DNA of 64,000 nucleotides from an uncultured Nitrososphaeraceae archaeon (GCA_963837175.1 CAWIMJ010000050.1:96001-160000); one strand, 5' to 3'. Shown: positions 21,190 through 30,674, counted from the stretch's first letter. A program made the numbers and translations. The notes: a model not told the origin generated them from the sequence alone.

Positions 21190-21643
21190 TTTCGAGTCTT
21201 AGAAAAAATCTGTATGATATGCAAGGATCTGTTCAATACCAATTATCCTGACTAGAAGAAATGCAGAAGATAACTTCAGCTAGACAAGGCTCATATAAAT
21301 TTTATTTTCCTTATGGGATTTTTAAGGATAATGAAAAAAATATATTGCAAGTATTAAGCCAAGATACTGCAAGAAAAATACTGATGTTTATTATTGAGCG
21401 AAATAATCCAACTCATACAGATATCGTAAACAGCATTGGAATATCAGCAGCATCTGTAAACTGGCATGTCAGACGCTTAATTGCTCTTAAAATAATATAT
21501 GAGATTAGATTAGAGACGGAAGGTACAAGAGATATCAACTTCCTGATAGTGCTGATTCCAAATACATAGTGGTATTGTTGAAGAATTATTATCCTGACAT
21601 TTGGGATAAGTGGAGTAATAGACAAGCCATGCTTGCAAAGTAA
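21190..21643 (+). pseudogene. Tandem winged-helix (ArsR-like) transcriptional regulator, disrupted
   Basis: QGSVQYQLS*LEEMQKI has an in-frame TGA at 21249; second HTH SIGISAASVNWHVRRL; 5-bp ATTAG duplication at 21504-21513 shifts the frame away from EIRDGRYKRYQL...YYPDIWDKWSNR. Confidence 0.75.
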
Positions 21644-21822
21644 TTTGATTATCAAAATCTATCATGCAAATCTTTATCATGATCTGCCTATCGAAAAATG
21701 TATGTAATAGAGATCAACATATTGCTAAAGGATACGATACATTTTTATTTTATCTAAAATTCTGATATATCATACCAGCTATGAGTTTAAATGCTGTTCT
21801 TAACAACATGATGTGAGAAAAT

Positions 21823-22893
21823 TTGTACTACTACTATAATATTCACAATATAGTTAAAGTTAAATCAGAAGTATTGTTATATGAACTTGAATATTTTGCA
21901 TCAAATGAATTTGATGACGCTGATATCCTTATTAATGTAAAGAACGCTATACTGTCTGGAATACATTTTAAAAGAACACTAACGCCAGATCCACATCCAG
22001 ACTATTACAAAGTAAATTACTCTGAGCACTTTGGATCTCTTGGTGCACAGTTTTCAATGGAATTTTCAGATAAAGTTAATATTTCTATAAACAAACTGAT
22101 AACCAAATCTAGGCATGTTATATACGTGAATTTAGTAGAGCCTATGTTGCGTTTTTTACTAATATCCAAGGGTTTTGTTCTTCTTCACTCTGCCTGTATT
22201 GATATTAAGGGAAATGGTATTCTTTTTTCTGCACCACCAGATACAGGAAAAACAACAACTGTATTAAAGTGCATCAAGAGTGGCTTTTCCTTTTTATCTG
22301 ATGATATGACAATAGTGCGTTTACCAAACGAAGCCATGTGTTTCCCAAAGCCTATGACTATAAGTTCACATACATACAAAACAGCTACCACGGTAGCAGA
22401 TAATGATCATGACAAAATACAGTACAGGCTACGTAGTTTGATCCATTCAAAAACTGGTAGACAATTTATGCATAAACTTGCCAAGTATAATGTACCTATA
22501 TTTACATTAAATACCATAGGACAGGCAATAATTAAACCCCCGAAATTTAAGATCGAAAGTTTATTGCAATCAGTCACTATTCAGGAAAAAACCCAAGTTA
22601 AGAGTTTGTATTTTTTGGAAAGAGGAGGTAATGAGCAAATGGAAGAGATTCCCACAAAGGTCGCATTAAGAAAAGCAATAGAGAACAGCGATGATGCATT
22701 TTTATTTCCCCCCTATGCTGATTTAATCCATCATATTAATATCGGGGGTAAGACGGCAAAGGAATTGCTACAAGAAGAGAGAAGTTTGTTAGAAAAGTTT
22801 TTGACAGGTGTAAACTGTTGGATAATCAAAAGCAACAAAAGAGCATGGTATCAAATGATTATGCAAGTTGATCAGCCGAAGGTTAATAAATAG
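21823..22893 (+). CDS. HPr-kinase-like P-loop protein of unknown substrate
   Basis: LLHSACI, Walker A APPDTGKTT, FLSDDMT (HPrK/PEPCK-type H...GKT...DD signature). Confidence 0.75.
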   Translation: MYYYYNIHNIVKVKSEVLLYELEYFASNEFDDADILINVKNAILSGIHFKRTLTPDPHPDYYKVNYSEHFGSLGAQFSMEFSDKVNISINKLITKSRHVIYVNLVEPMLRFLLISKGFVLLHSACIDIKGNGILFSAPPDTGKTTTVLKCIKSGFSFLSDDMTIVRLPNEAMCFPKPMTISSHTYKTATTVADNDHDKIQYRLRSLIHSKTGRQFMHKLAKYNVPIFTLNTIGQAIIKPPKFKIESLLQSVTIQEKTQVKSLYFLERGGNEQMEEIPTKVALRKAIENSDDAFLFPPYADLIHHINIGGKTAKELLQEERSLLEKFLTGVNCWIIKSNKRAWYQMIMQVDQPKVNK

Positions 22894-22945
22894 AATAGAG
22901 GAGTTCCCTTGTAGAAACTTAAGGAAATATAATGAGTATAGATAA

Positions 22946-24106
22946 ATGAAATTGCGATTTTTAAGTTCTCATAAAGGGCTAATTTATATAACTTTGGGAA
23001 ATCTGGTAGGTGCTGCGGCCACTGGTATATTTTGGCTGCTTCTGGCCTTTATTCAAAATGCACATGAATACGGAAGGACTAACTATGAAATATCTATAGC
23101 ATCATTAGCGGCAAGTGCTGCTCTTCTTGGCCTTAACACCACCGTTACCACCTATGTTGCAAAGGGCTCAAGCAAAATAAATGTACAAGCGAACCAAATA
23201 ATACTCCTTTCTTGTGGAGTTGCTGCCATAATAGTTGCTTTCTTCAACTGGATGCTTGCTTTCTTCGTCATTGGCATGGCCTTCTGGATGATGAGCAGTT
23301 ATGAACTTCTTGGAAGAAAAATGTACAAACAGTATGCGTTTGTCATTATTGGAGCAAGGGCATCACAACTTTTTCTATCTATCTTATTGTATTATCTTTT
23401 AGGAATAACGGGTATAGCAATTGGTTTTATTATTTCTTTTCTTATATTTAGCCAAAGATATTTTATTTCTACTAGACAATTTAGTAAAGATTTTAGTGAA
23501 ATCAAAGATAAAATGAAGTTTTCATTGAATGTATATTCTTTTAATATGTCCAATGCATTCCTGTTGTATTTTGATAAACTCGTCATTGCACCTTTATTTG
23601 GTTATGCTGTGCTAGGATATTACCAGCTTGGTTTTCAATTCTTATTATTTCTAGGAATGATTCCTATTAGCTTTTATCAATATCTTATTTCTGAAGACAC
23701 AAGTGGTCTAAAACAGACAAGGGTAAGGTTTTTCGGTTTGTTGGTTTCAATAGGGCTCACTGCATTATTATTTTTATCGAGTCCATGGATATTGCAACAT
23801 TTATTTCCTCACTATACTGCTTCTCTTGATGCCATGAGAATTTTGAGCATAGGAATTATTCCTATGATGTTAGTTTGGACTCTTAATTCAAAGTTTCTTA
23901 ACATAGGCGATACCAAATATGTTCTATTTGGATCTGCAATTTATCTGACATTCCAGATAAGCTTAATTTTTTATCTGGGGAACGCACTGAAGGTAATCGG
24001 TCTTGCATTAGCTGTCGTGCTTGCACTGATCGCACAGGCATCATTCTTATTTATATCCGACAAGCACCTACAGCATAAGAATAAGAATAATAGTTATAAT
24101 TCATAA
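22946..24106 (+). CDS. Wzx/MOP-superfamily oligosaccharide flippase
   Basis: About 12 TM helices; FDKLVIAPLFGYAVLGYYQLG. Confidence 0.85.
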   Translation: MKLRFLSSHKGLIYITLGNLVGAAATGIFWLLLAFIQNAHEYGRTNYEISIASLAASAALLGLNTTVTTYVAKGSSKINVQANQIILLSCGVAAIIVAFFNWMLAFFVIGMAFWMMSSYELLGRKMYKQYAFVIIGARASQLFLSILLYYLLGITGIAIGFIISFLIFSQRYFISTRQFSKDFSEIKDKMKFSLNVYSFNMSNAFLLYFDKLVIAPLFGYAVLGYYQLGFQFLLFLGMIPISFYQYLISEDTSGLKQTRVRFFGLLVSIGLTALLFLSSPWILQHLFPHYTASLDAMRILSIGIIPMMLVWTLNSKFLNIGDTKYVLFGSAIYLTFQISLIFYLGNALKVIGLALAVVLALIAQASFLFISDKHLQHKNKNNSYNS

Positions 24107-24164
24107 TAGACTAACAGTGTTATGTAGACAGAAAGACAGACAGAGAGGGAGAGCGAGCGAACTA

Positions 24165-24201
24165 GAGTCGAAAGAAAAGAAAAGAAAAGAATAAATAAAA
24201 T
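24165..24201 (-). terminator. Oligo-T tract terminator candidate for the GH5 gene; (GAAAA)n on the plus strand
   Basis: TTTTATTTATTCTTTTCTTTTCTTTTCTTTC on the minus strand just downstream of the stop at 24215, between convergent genes. Confidence 0.5.
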
Positions 24202-24214
24202 TGCTTTCTGCAAG

Positions 24215-25465
24215 TTAACTTGTAGAATTTCTTGATGTGATTTCAGGAAAGATGCTTGAATATGCATTTTTAACAATATCAAAGTACTTTGTTGTTTGTA
24301 TGGCTCCTGTGGCGTCTGTAGTTATGAGATTATAGTTTGCTATCTGATGAGTATCAATATTCCATTGCCAGTATGCCATTCCCCAAACACCAACATCCTT
24401 GAATGTTTTAACAATGAGATTGGCCTCAGTCTGATTTATATTACTTAGGTCAGGGTTTATCTCTGTTACAATATCGCCTTGTTCATTAATGCTACTCTGG
24501 CGTACAACGTTATTCCATTCTCCTATATACAAAGGAACTCCTGCCAGTTTTCCTGCTTGAACGAAAATATTGAGCCTGTCTCCCTGATAACTATTAGGAG
24601 AAGGTACACCATACAGGCTAACTTTGAATACAACATTTGTTTTATCAGCTGGAGCCATTTTTGCCAAATTGTCAGGATTTACAGCGATGGGCCCCTTAAG
24701 ATCTACTGGTATATTCATACTGTATGCTATTGTTTTTTGAGTAAGGGTTCTCAATTCATTTGTAATTAATGTATTGAAGCTTCCTATCTTTTCCCATTGA
24801 TCTACATTATGTACTTGAGGTTCACTCAGTATTTCATAACCTAAGGTACTTTGATGAGAATCTACAGTAGTTACTATTTTTTTCAAAAACTCTGTCAATA
24901 ACGTCCAACCATCTCTTCCATTGACATCCTTTACCAATCTATTCCACCAGTCTGTCCACCATAGCTGTGCAGCTGGAAATTTGGTTCCACCTCCACCACC
25001 TGAAGGATATATGGGATTACTTTCAAAAAGAAAAGATGGAAATCCTGTTCCTCTTTGAGGATTCAGCCATGATGAGGTATGGAATTGGTGGTTATCATAG
25101 ATGACCTTTATTCCCCATTTATCAGCGGCGTTTGCAACAGTGGTTAACTCATTCATAAAAGAAGCAGGATCTTTTACATATGATTCCCAATAAAATATAA
25201 ACCGTACATGATTCATACCTGCTTCTGACAGTATCCTGAAAGAATCTTCAAAATAATTTGCTGGTAAATCATAAGAAGGATTTCTTGCTTGCGGGTCGCG
25301 AGTATAAAAACCACTCATATCCACTCCAAGATAAGGTACGTTTCCCTTAGTCTGCTGGGCTGATACTACTGCTATAGAGGGAGTAATGATAATAAGAATA
25401 CTAATGATGATAATTGAGGATAGAAATTTTAATGAGTTAATATTTTTATTCAATTTGTGATTCAA
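24215..25465 (-). CDS. Secreted GH5-like (clan GH-A) glycoside hydrolase
   Basis: Signal peptide; GMNHVR, YDNHQ, acid/base GYEILSEP, nucleophile LYIGEW, GMAYW. Confidence 0.8.
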   Translation of the reverse strand: MNHKLNKNINSLKFLSSIIIISILIIITPSIAVVSAQQTKGNVPYLGVDMSGFYTRDPQARNPSYDLPANYFEDSFRILSEAGMNHVRFIFYWESYVKDPASFMNELTTVANAADKWGIKVIYDNHQFHTSSWLNPQRGTGFPSFLFESNPIYPSGGGGGTKFPAAQLWWTDWWNRLVKDVNGRDGWTLLTEFLKKIVTTVDSHQSTLGYEILSEPQVHNVDQWEKIGSFNTLITNELRTLTQKTIAYSMNIPVDLKGPIAVNPDNLAKMAPADKTNVVFKVSLYGVPSPNSYQGDRLNIFVQAGKLAGVPLYIGEWNNVVRQSSINEQGDIVTEINPDLSNINQTEANLIVKTFKDVGVWGMAYWQWNIDTHQIANYNLITTDATGAIQTTKYFDIVKNAYSSIFPEITSRNSTS

Positions 25466-25648
25466 TCAATGAATCTCTTACTTTCGTTTTTATATTTCTA
25501 TCTATCACTCTTAAATGGTAGGCACCATTTCCCATTTTTTGATCATATTCTAAAATATTATGATATCCATATATACCAATTTATAAAAAGAAATATGTTT
25601 TTGTTAAATTTATGAAACGTTTAATTATAATAGTATGGCTTAAACGCT

Positions 25649-27649
25649 TTGAACCGCGTTAATGTATCATCACCACATCTATTTAGATCAATGAAATCTA
25701 TGAGACAAATATTGCCAACAATTTTGATTTTAATTGGAATTGCACCCTTTTTACTAATATCAATTACAGTCGATATATCAGGGAAATTAAGTTACATATC
25801 AGACGACACACAGAGTCTCAGACCTTTGTCAGTTAATCCATCAAAAGCGGATGAACAGAAAATCCTACCAAGGAGCAATTCTTTTTGTGTGAATTATGAT
25901 AATAAGACTATGACGATAAACATTTGTGGAGGGAAGATGGACATGACAGCACTTGATAGTGTCATAAATAATTCAAAAGTTTTGAATCAAATATCACCTA
26001 AAAATTGGTTTCTTAATGCCAATATTTCAATAGCAAAAGGTGCGACTCTTTTTATTAATTCTACCGATACAGATTGGTTGAAAATAAATTCAACAAGAGG
26101 AACAGCATATTCAATAGTAACAAAAGGGAATTTGCTCATAGACAATACAAAGATATCTTCATGGAATTTCACAACCACGTCAGATACTCTGTTGAATTCT
26201 AAAAATGAGCCTAGGAGTTATTTAATAGTCCCTTGGGACAGCACAGGACAGATGAATATAACTAATTCAAATTTAAGTTATTTGGGATATGACAGTGGGA
26301 AAGATAATACAGGAGGCATCTCCTATTATGCCGGTGATGGCAGTATTATTTTTAATAATTATTTTTCTTTTAATTATAAAGGTTTTCAGGTATCTGGCAA
26401 TGTGTCAGATATTATGTTCGTAAATAATACAATTAATAATAGCTATCAAGACGGATTGGTAGCTGGTATCAACTCTACTAATCTTCAAATATACAATAAT
26501 GCAATTTACAATAACACAAACCATGGTATAGTTTGCTCAGAATTATGTAAAAACATCTTGGTCAATAATAACTCTGTTTATAATAACACCGGAAATGGAA
26601 TCTTCTTAAACCAATCTACAGTAAACTCTGAGATCGAGAATAATTCAGTATATTACAATGGTCGTTCCGGTATAATACTATCTAATTCATCGAGAAATGT
26701 CATTACCAATAATACAATTGACGGAAATTTCTTTGGTGTAATACTTAGTCAAAGCTCCCATGATAATTCAATTCAACAAAATAATATCAAAAATACCCAA
26801 TTAAATGGTATCTTTCTCTACGAAAACTCCAATAATAATACGCTCAAAAATAATATCATAAGAGAATCTAGAGGCAATGGCATATATGTTCAAGGTAACG
26901 GGACAGCTAATAATATTTTTATCAAAAATAATGTAACTAGAGGGGCAAGCTATGGCATTCAATTTTTGAATGCTTCTACTAATATCCTCCTAGATAATAC
27001 GATATATAATAATTCCAACTCTAATTATTACGGACAGTCCGGAAGTACCAATATTATAGCGAATACTATATTTAATCATACTACAATAGGTGTATCCGAA
27101 GATAACAGCAGCTTTGTCTTACGCTATACAAATAACGGAATTAGTGGAGTTTCTCCTAAAAGAATAGTTAATACTGCTTATCCTTCCAATACAACTATTC
27201 TGATAACTCCAATCAGTAACAAAATAATTTTAGATACCTACAAAATGAATGTAATTCCTTCCTCTAATTATGTTAATGTATCTTCTTTTAATGACGATTT
27301 CAACTCTAATGAAACGTATAAAAAATGGTCAGAGATTTCACCACCAGCTCCTGCTATACCTATTACAACGAGATATACGGTAGGTGGATTTGAGCCCAAT
27401 AAACAAATTGCGATCAACGTAAATGGTTCATTTTGGAACGCCTATACTTCTAATTCATCAGGATACATCACGTTTCTTTATGAAGATGGACATTATACAC
27501 TAAAGCGATTTGAAGCTGAAGCCAATAATACACCAGCCTTAGCAGCAATACTGTTCCTTGTGATTATCGTCGTAGGTCTAATAACGCTATTTGTTATAGT
27601 TAAAAAACGCAAGAGTGTAAATAAGATCCCTAAACATCAGATCGGTTGA
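25649..27649 (+). CDS. Right-handed beta-helix protein (NosD/AlgG-like) with C-terminal membrane anchor
   Basis: N-terminal hydrophobic helix; many NNxxxNNxxxGIxL PbH1 repeats; WFLNANISI...WLKI...ISSWN...PRSYL...LSYLGY N-terminal region; C-terminal TM followed by KKRK. Confidence 0.85.
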   Translation: MNRVNVSSPHLFRSMKSMRQILPTILILIGIAPFLLISITVDISGKLSYISDDTQSLRPLSVNPSKADEQKILPRSNSFCVNYDNKTMTINICGGKMDMTALDSVINNSKVLNQISPKNWFLNANISIAKGATLFINSTDTDWLKINSTRGTAYSIVTKGNLLIDNTKISSWNFTTTSDTLLNSKNEPRSYLIVPWDSTGQMNITNSNLSYLGYDSGKDNTGGISYYAGDGSIIFNNYFSFNYKGFQVSGNVSDIMFVNNTINNSYQDGLVAGINSTNLQIYNNAIYNNTNHGIVCSELCKNILVNNNSVYNNTGNGIFLNQSTVNSEIENNSVYYNGRSGIILSNSSRNVITNNTIDGNFFGVILSQSSHDNSIQQNNIKNTQLNGIFLYENSNNNTLKNNIIRESRGNGIYVQGNGTANNIFIKNNVTRGASYGIQFLNASTNILLDNTIYNNSNSNYYGQSGSTNIIANTIFNHTTIGVSEDNSSFVLRYTNNGISGVSPKRIVNTAYPSNTTILITPISNKIILDTYKMNVIPSSNYVNVSSFNDDFNSNETYKKWSEISPPAPAIPITTRYTVGGFEPNKQIAINVNGSFWNAYTSNSSGYITFLYEDGHYTLKRFEAEANNTPALAAILFLVIIVVGLITLFVIVKKRKSVNKIPKHQIG

Positions 27650-27694
27650 CAATGACAAAAAATATTGTGCGTGCACGATAATGAGCAGTGGCTC

Positions 27695-28618
27695 TTATTT
27701 TCTTAGCCAAGGAGATTGTGACGAGATTAATTCCTCCATCTTTTGATTAATATCAAGGGCTACCTTAAGCAAATCTGGATTTAACTGCAACTTTTTAATA
27801 AGTCCAGCTAATGCTTCCGTGTCTTTTGGCAAACATGCTCCCTCAAATGGTTTACCGAACTGCGTTCCATAGTTTCCTATCCTCTTGTCCAGCGAAACAC
27901 CTAAACTCACAGCCTTGTCATCGATTCCCATTTGCTTACAAGCCAAGCCGATTTCATTAAAGAAGGATATTTTAAGTGAAAGAAAGCAATTGGAAGCATA
28001 CTTTATCATTTCAGCAGCTTCATAACTAGTTACAACAATATTGGGAGTTAATTGCTGGTAGATTTCCTTAAGAGGTTCCGAGCCTCCTTTGTCATCTTCT
28101 CCTATAACTACTCTGTCTGGCTTAAAAAAATCCTCCAAAGCAGTATTTTGCCTCAAGAATTCTGGATTAAAACAAATATTATAATCTCTTCCAATCACAG
28201 AGAATGGACAATTGCTTTGTAAATAATTAATAACTACATTTCTCATGGTCCCAGGAAGCATGGTACTTCTGAAAACAATAAGATGAGGATTGCGTCGGTC
28301 TTGTTGTTGTCGTCCGTTTCTAGTACCGAGCGCATTTGCTATGTCATAGAGGACAGACATAAGTTGTGATAAATCCTGCTCGCCATTGTTCTTAGCAGGA
28401 GTATTTACACAAACAAATGAAAGATCTGTTTTATCTATGATTTCTGACACGCTTGATGCAACTTTGTAGCCATTATCCTCTAGATCACGTAGTCGTTGTT
28501 TGGAGATATCGTAGAATGTTATATCATGACCCAGTTTGTGAAAGCCCTTACCTGTTGCACTTCCAACAACACCTGAGCCGATAATCCCAATCTTTTTCAA
28601 TACTAATCTATCAGTCAT
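27695..28618 (-). CDS. UDP-glucose/GDP-mannose dehydrogenase family protein (short form)
   Basis: GSGVVG Rossmann motif, CVNTP, RSTMLPGT, NPEFLR, AEMIKYASN, catalytic GACLPKD. Confidence 0.92.
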   Translation of the reverse strand: MTDRLVLKKIGIIGSGVVGSATGKGFHKLGHDITFYDISKQRLRDLEDNGYKVASSVSEIIDKTDLSFVCVNTPAKNNGEQDLSQLMSVLYDIANALGTRNGRQQQDRRNPHLIVFRSTMLPGTMRNVVINYLQSNCPFSVIGRDYNICFNPEFLRQNTALEDFFKPDRVVIGEDDKGGSEPLKEIYQQLTPNIVVTSYEAAEMIKYASNCFLSLKISFFNEIGLACKQMGIDDKAVSLGVSLDKRIGNYGTQFGKPFEGACLPKDTEALAGLIKKLQLNPDLLKVALDINQKMEELISSQSPWLRK

Positions 28619-28700
28619 TTTCCTCTTATAGACCTTCTTCTCAAAGTGTTAAATAGATATTTATATACTCCTATATCTTCTTATTTGATAAAGTTTTGAT

Positions 28701-28727
28701 TTATCTTACAAAGTATTTTGTAGATAA
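28701..28727. promoter_or_regulatory. Imperfect palindrome in the divergent promoter region
   Basis: TTATC(T)TACAAA-gtat-TTTGTAGATAA: 11-bp arms with a 1-nt bulge. Confidence 0.35.
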
Positions 28728-28842
28728 TATATAAAGAAGTATTTAGAACAATATTTTTCCATTCAATTAATAACAGCTTCATATCTAATAGCTAATTAGG
28801 GCAATGGATATATAGAGAGAAAAAGATGAAAAATTTGTTCAA

Positions 28843-30297
28843 ATGAGCCTGGAGATGAGGTCTATAGATCTGATAGTTTTTCCAACCATTGCCTTAATGG
28901 TAGTAATCATATTTCTTATCTCCTTATCGGTATTCCTTCCATCTTGGTTTAATTTTTCTATACTTGGAATCGACATTATCGGTTTTGCTGCAAGATTCAC
29001 AGATGAACTAGGCAGCATACTGGTTAGAAGTGCTGAAAACTTTTTGATCTATATACCCTTAGGAATAATCGGGCTTTGGAGATGGGGAGTGTGGCTATTT
29101 AAGAAATTAGGTTCGTTATGTTATAGCCCGATAAATCCAGGAAATCAAATAGAAAATCACACATTTGCTATAATAACACCGGTCTATAATGAAAATCCAA
29201 GCGTTTTCAAAACAGCATTGCATTCGTGGCAATCAAATAAGCCTGATGAATTGATTGCAGTAATAGATCAACGAGATCTGCATTGTATTAAAATATTTCA
29301 GGAGTTTGCTCAAGATAAGCCATGGACAAAACTCATAGTTACTTCAAAGCCTGGCAAAAGACCCGCATTGGCAGATGGGATTTTAGCATCAAAATCTGAG
29401 ATCGTGGCGCTAGTGGATTCAGATACGATATGGGGGCATAATATAAGAGATAACTTGCTTGCGCCATTTCAAAATGCTATGATAGGAGGGGTTACTACAC
29501 TACAGCATCCGATAGAGCGTAATTCCATATGGCAAAAGATGACAGATGTCTTTTGGGATATGAGAAATTATTATGATTTGCCTTCTCAAACAGCAATGGC
29601 AAAAGCATTGACATGTCTTTCTGGAAGAACATCTTTATATCGTCGGCAAATAATATTGCCTAAACTAAATGAATTTCTCAATGAGATCGTTTTTGGAAGA
29701 AAAAAAGAATCCGGTGAAGATAAATGCCTTACAAGATTAGTTCAAAGGGATGGCTGGAAAACTTACTATCAAAGCAATGCGGTAGTATTCTCTTCGGCAG
29801 CTTCCGACTTTAAAACCTTTTGGAATCAGAGAATTCGTTGGTCTCGAAATAGTCATAATTCGGATATTATCAGCTTGTGGGATGGGTGGGCATGGAAGAA
29901 TCCCTATCTTGCTTTCTATATGATAGACAGATTTATTACAATATTCACCCTATTCTTTGGACCGATATTTTTCTCGATTTCACTTTATTTGAATGACTGG
30001 GTTGTGGCATTATCTATTGTAGCTTTGTGGATCTGTGGTAGAGGTATAAAAATAATACCTCATTTAAGACGACATCCAGAAGATATCTATCTAATCCCGG
30101 TATACGTAGTAATAAACTTTTTACTCGCATTGGTGAAGTTATATGCTCTGGTGACTATACGAGAACAGAAATGGATTAGAGGGGTAGAAGAAAGAAGCGT
30201 AAAACGCAAAGGATACCTTAAGAAAATAAAAGACATCGTTCTCACTACAGAGATAATCTTTAGTATTGCACTTTTCGCATTTTTCGTACTTCAATAG
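28843..30297 (+). CDS. Processive membrane GT2, hyaluronan-synthase/NodC-like
   Basis: PVYNE, GKR, VDSDT, CLSGRTSLYR, GEDKCLT, QRIRWSR; N- and C-terminal TM helices. Confidence 0.88.
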   Translation: MSLEMRSIDLIVFPTIALMVVIIFLISLSVFLPSWFNFSILGIDIIGFAARFTDELGSILVRSAENFLIYIPLGIIGLWRWGVWLFKKLGSLCYSPINPGNQIENHTFAIITPVYNENPSVFKTALHSWQSNKPDELIAVIDQRDLHCIKIFQEFAQDKPWTKLIVTSKPGKRPALADGILASKSEIVALVDSDTIWGHNIRDNLLAPFQNAMIGGVTTLQHPIERNSIWQKMTDVFWDMRNYYDLPSQTAMAKALTCLSGRTSLYRRQIILPKLNEFLNEIVFGRKKESGEDKCLTRLVQRDGWKTYYQSNAVVFSSAASDFKTFWNQRIRWSRNSHNSDIISLWDGWAWKNPYLAFYMIDRFITIFTLFFGPIFFSISLYLNDWVVALSIVALWICGRGIKIIPHLRRHPEDIYLIPVYVVINFLLALVKLYALVTIREQKWIRGVEERSVKRKGYLKKIKDIVLTTEIIFSIALFAFFVLQ

Positions 30298-30674
30298 AAA
30301 AACAACCGATATTTATTTTCAGGAGCGGTTTTATTAATAATTGAAAATCTCGAGATTTCCTCCTGTCGGAGGACAAGATTTATTTTTGAATTAGAATCTT
30401 ATACACTGCTCTTTTCATACTTTAATCATTGCAGATATTTTCGACCTCGGAGTTCGGGACAGAAAAGGATATCTTATTCAAAAGTAAATGATTACGGCAG
30501 TGGTCGCTATAGCTAAAAGAATAAAATCAGAAGTCGATCAATATAATTAAAAATAATACAACTTTCTAAATTATTACTTTATATGTCAATACACTAGTTT
30601 GCAAAATTGCTATGATGAGAATAATATCATTATTATAATTATATCTGACATATTAGAGTTACAGTAAAAGGATA

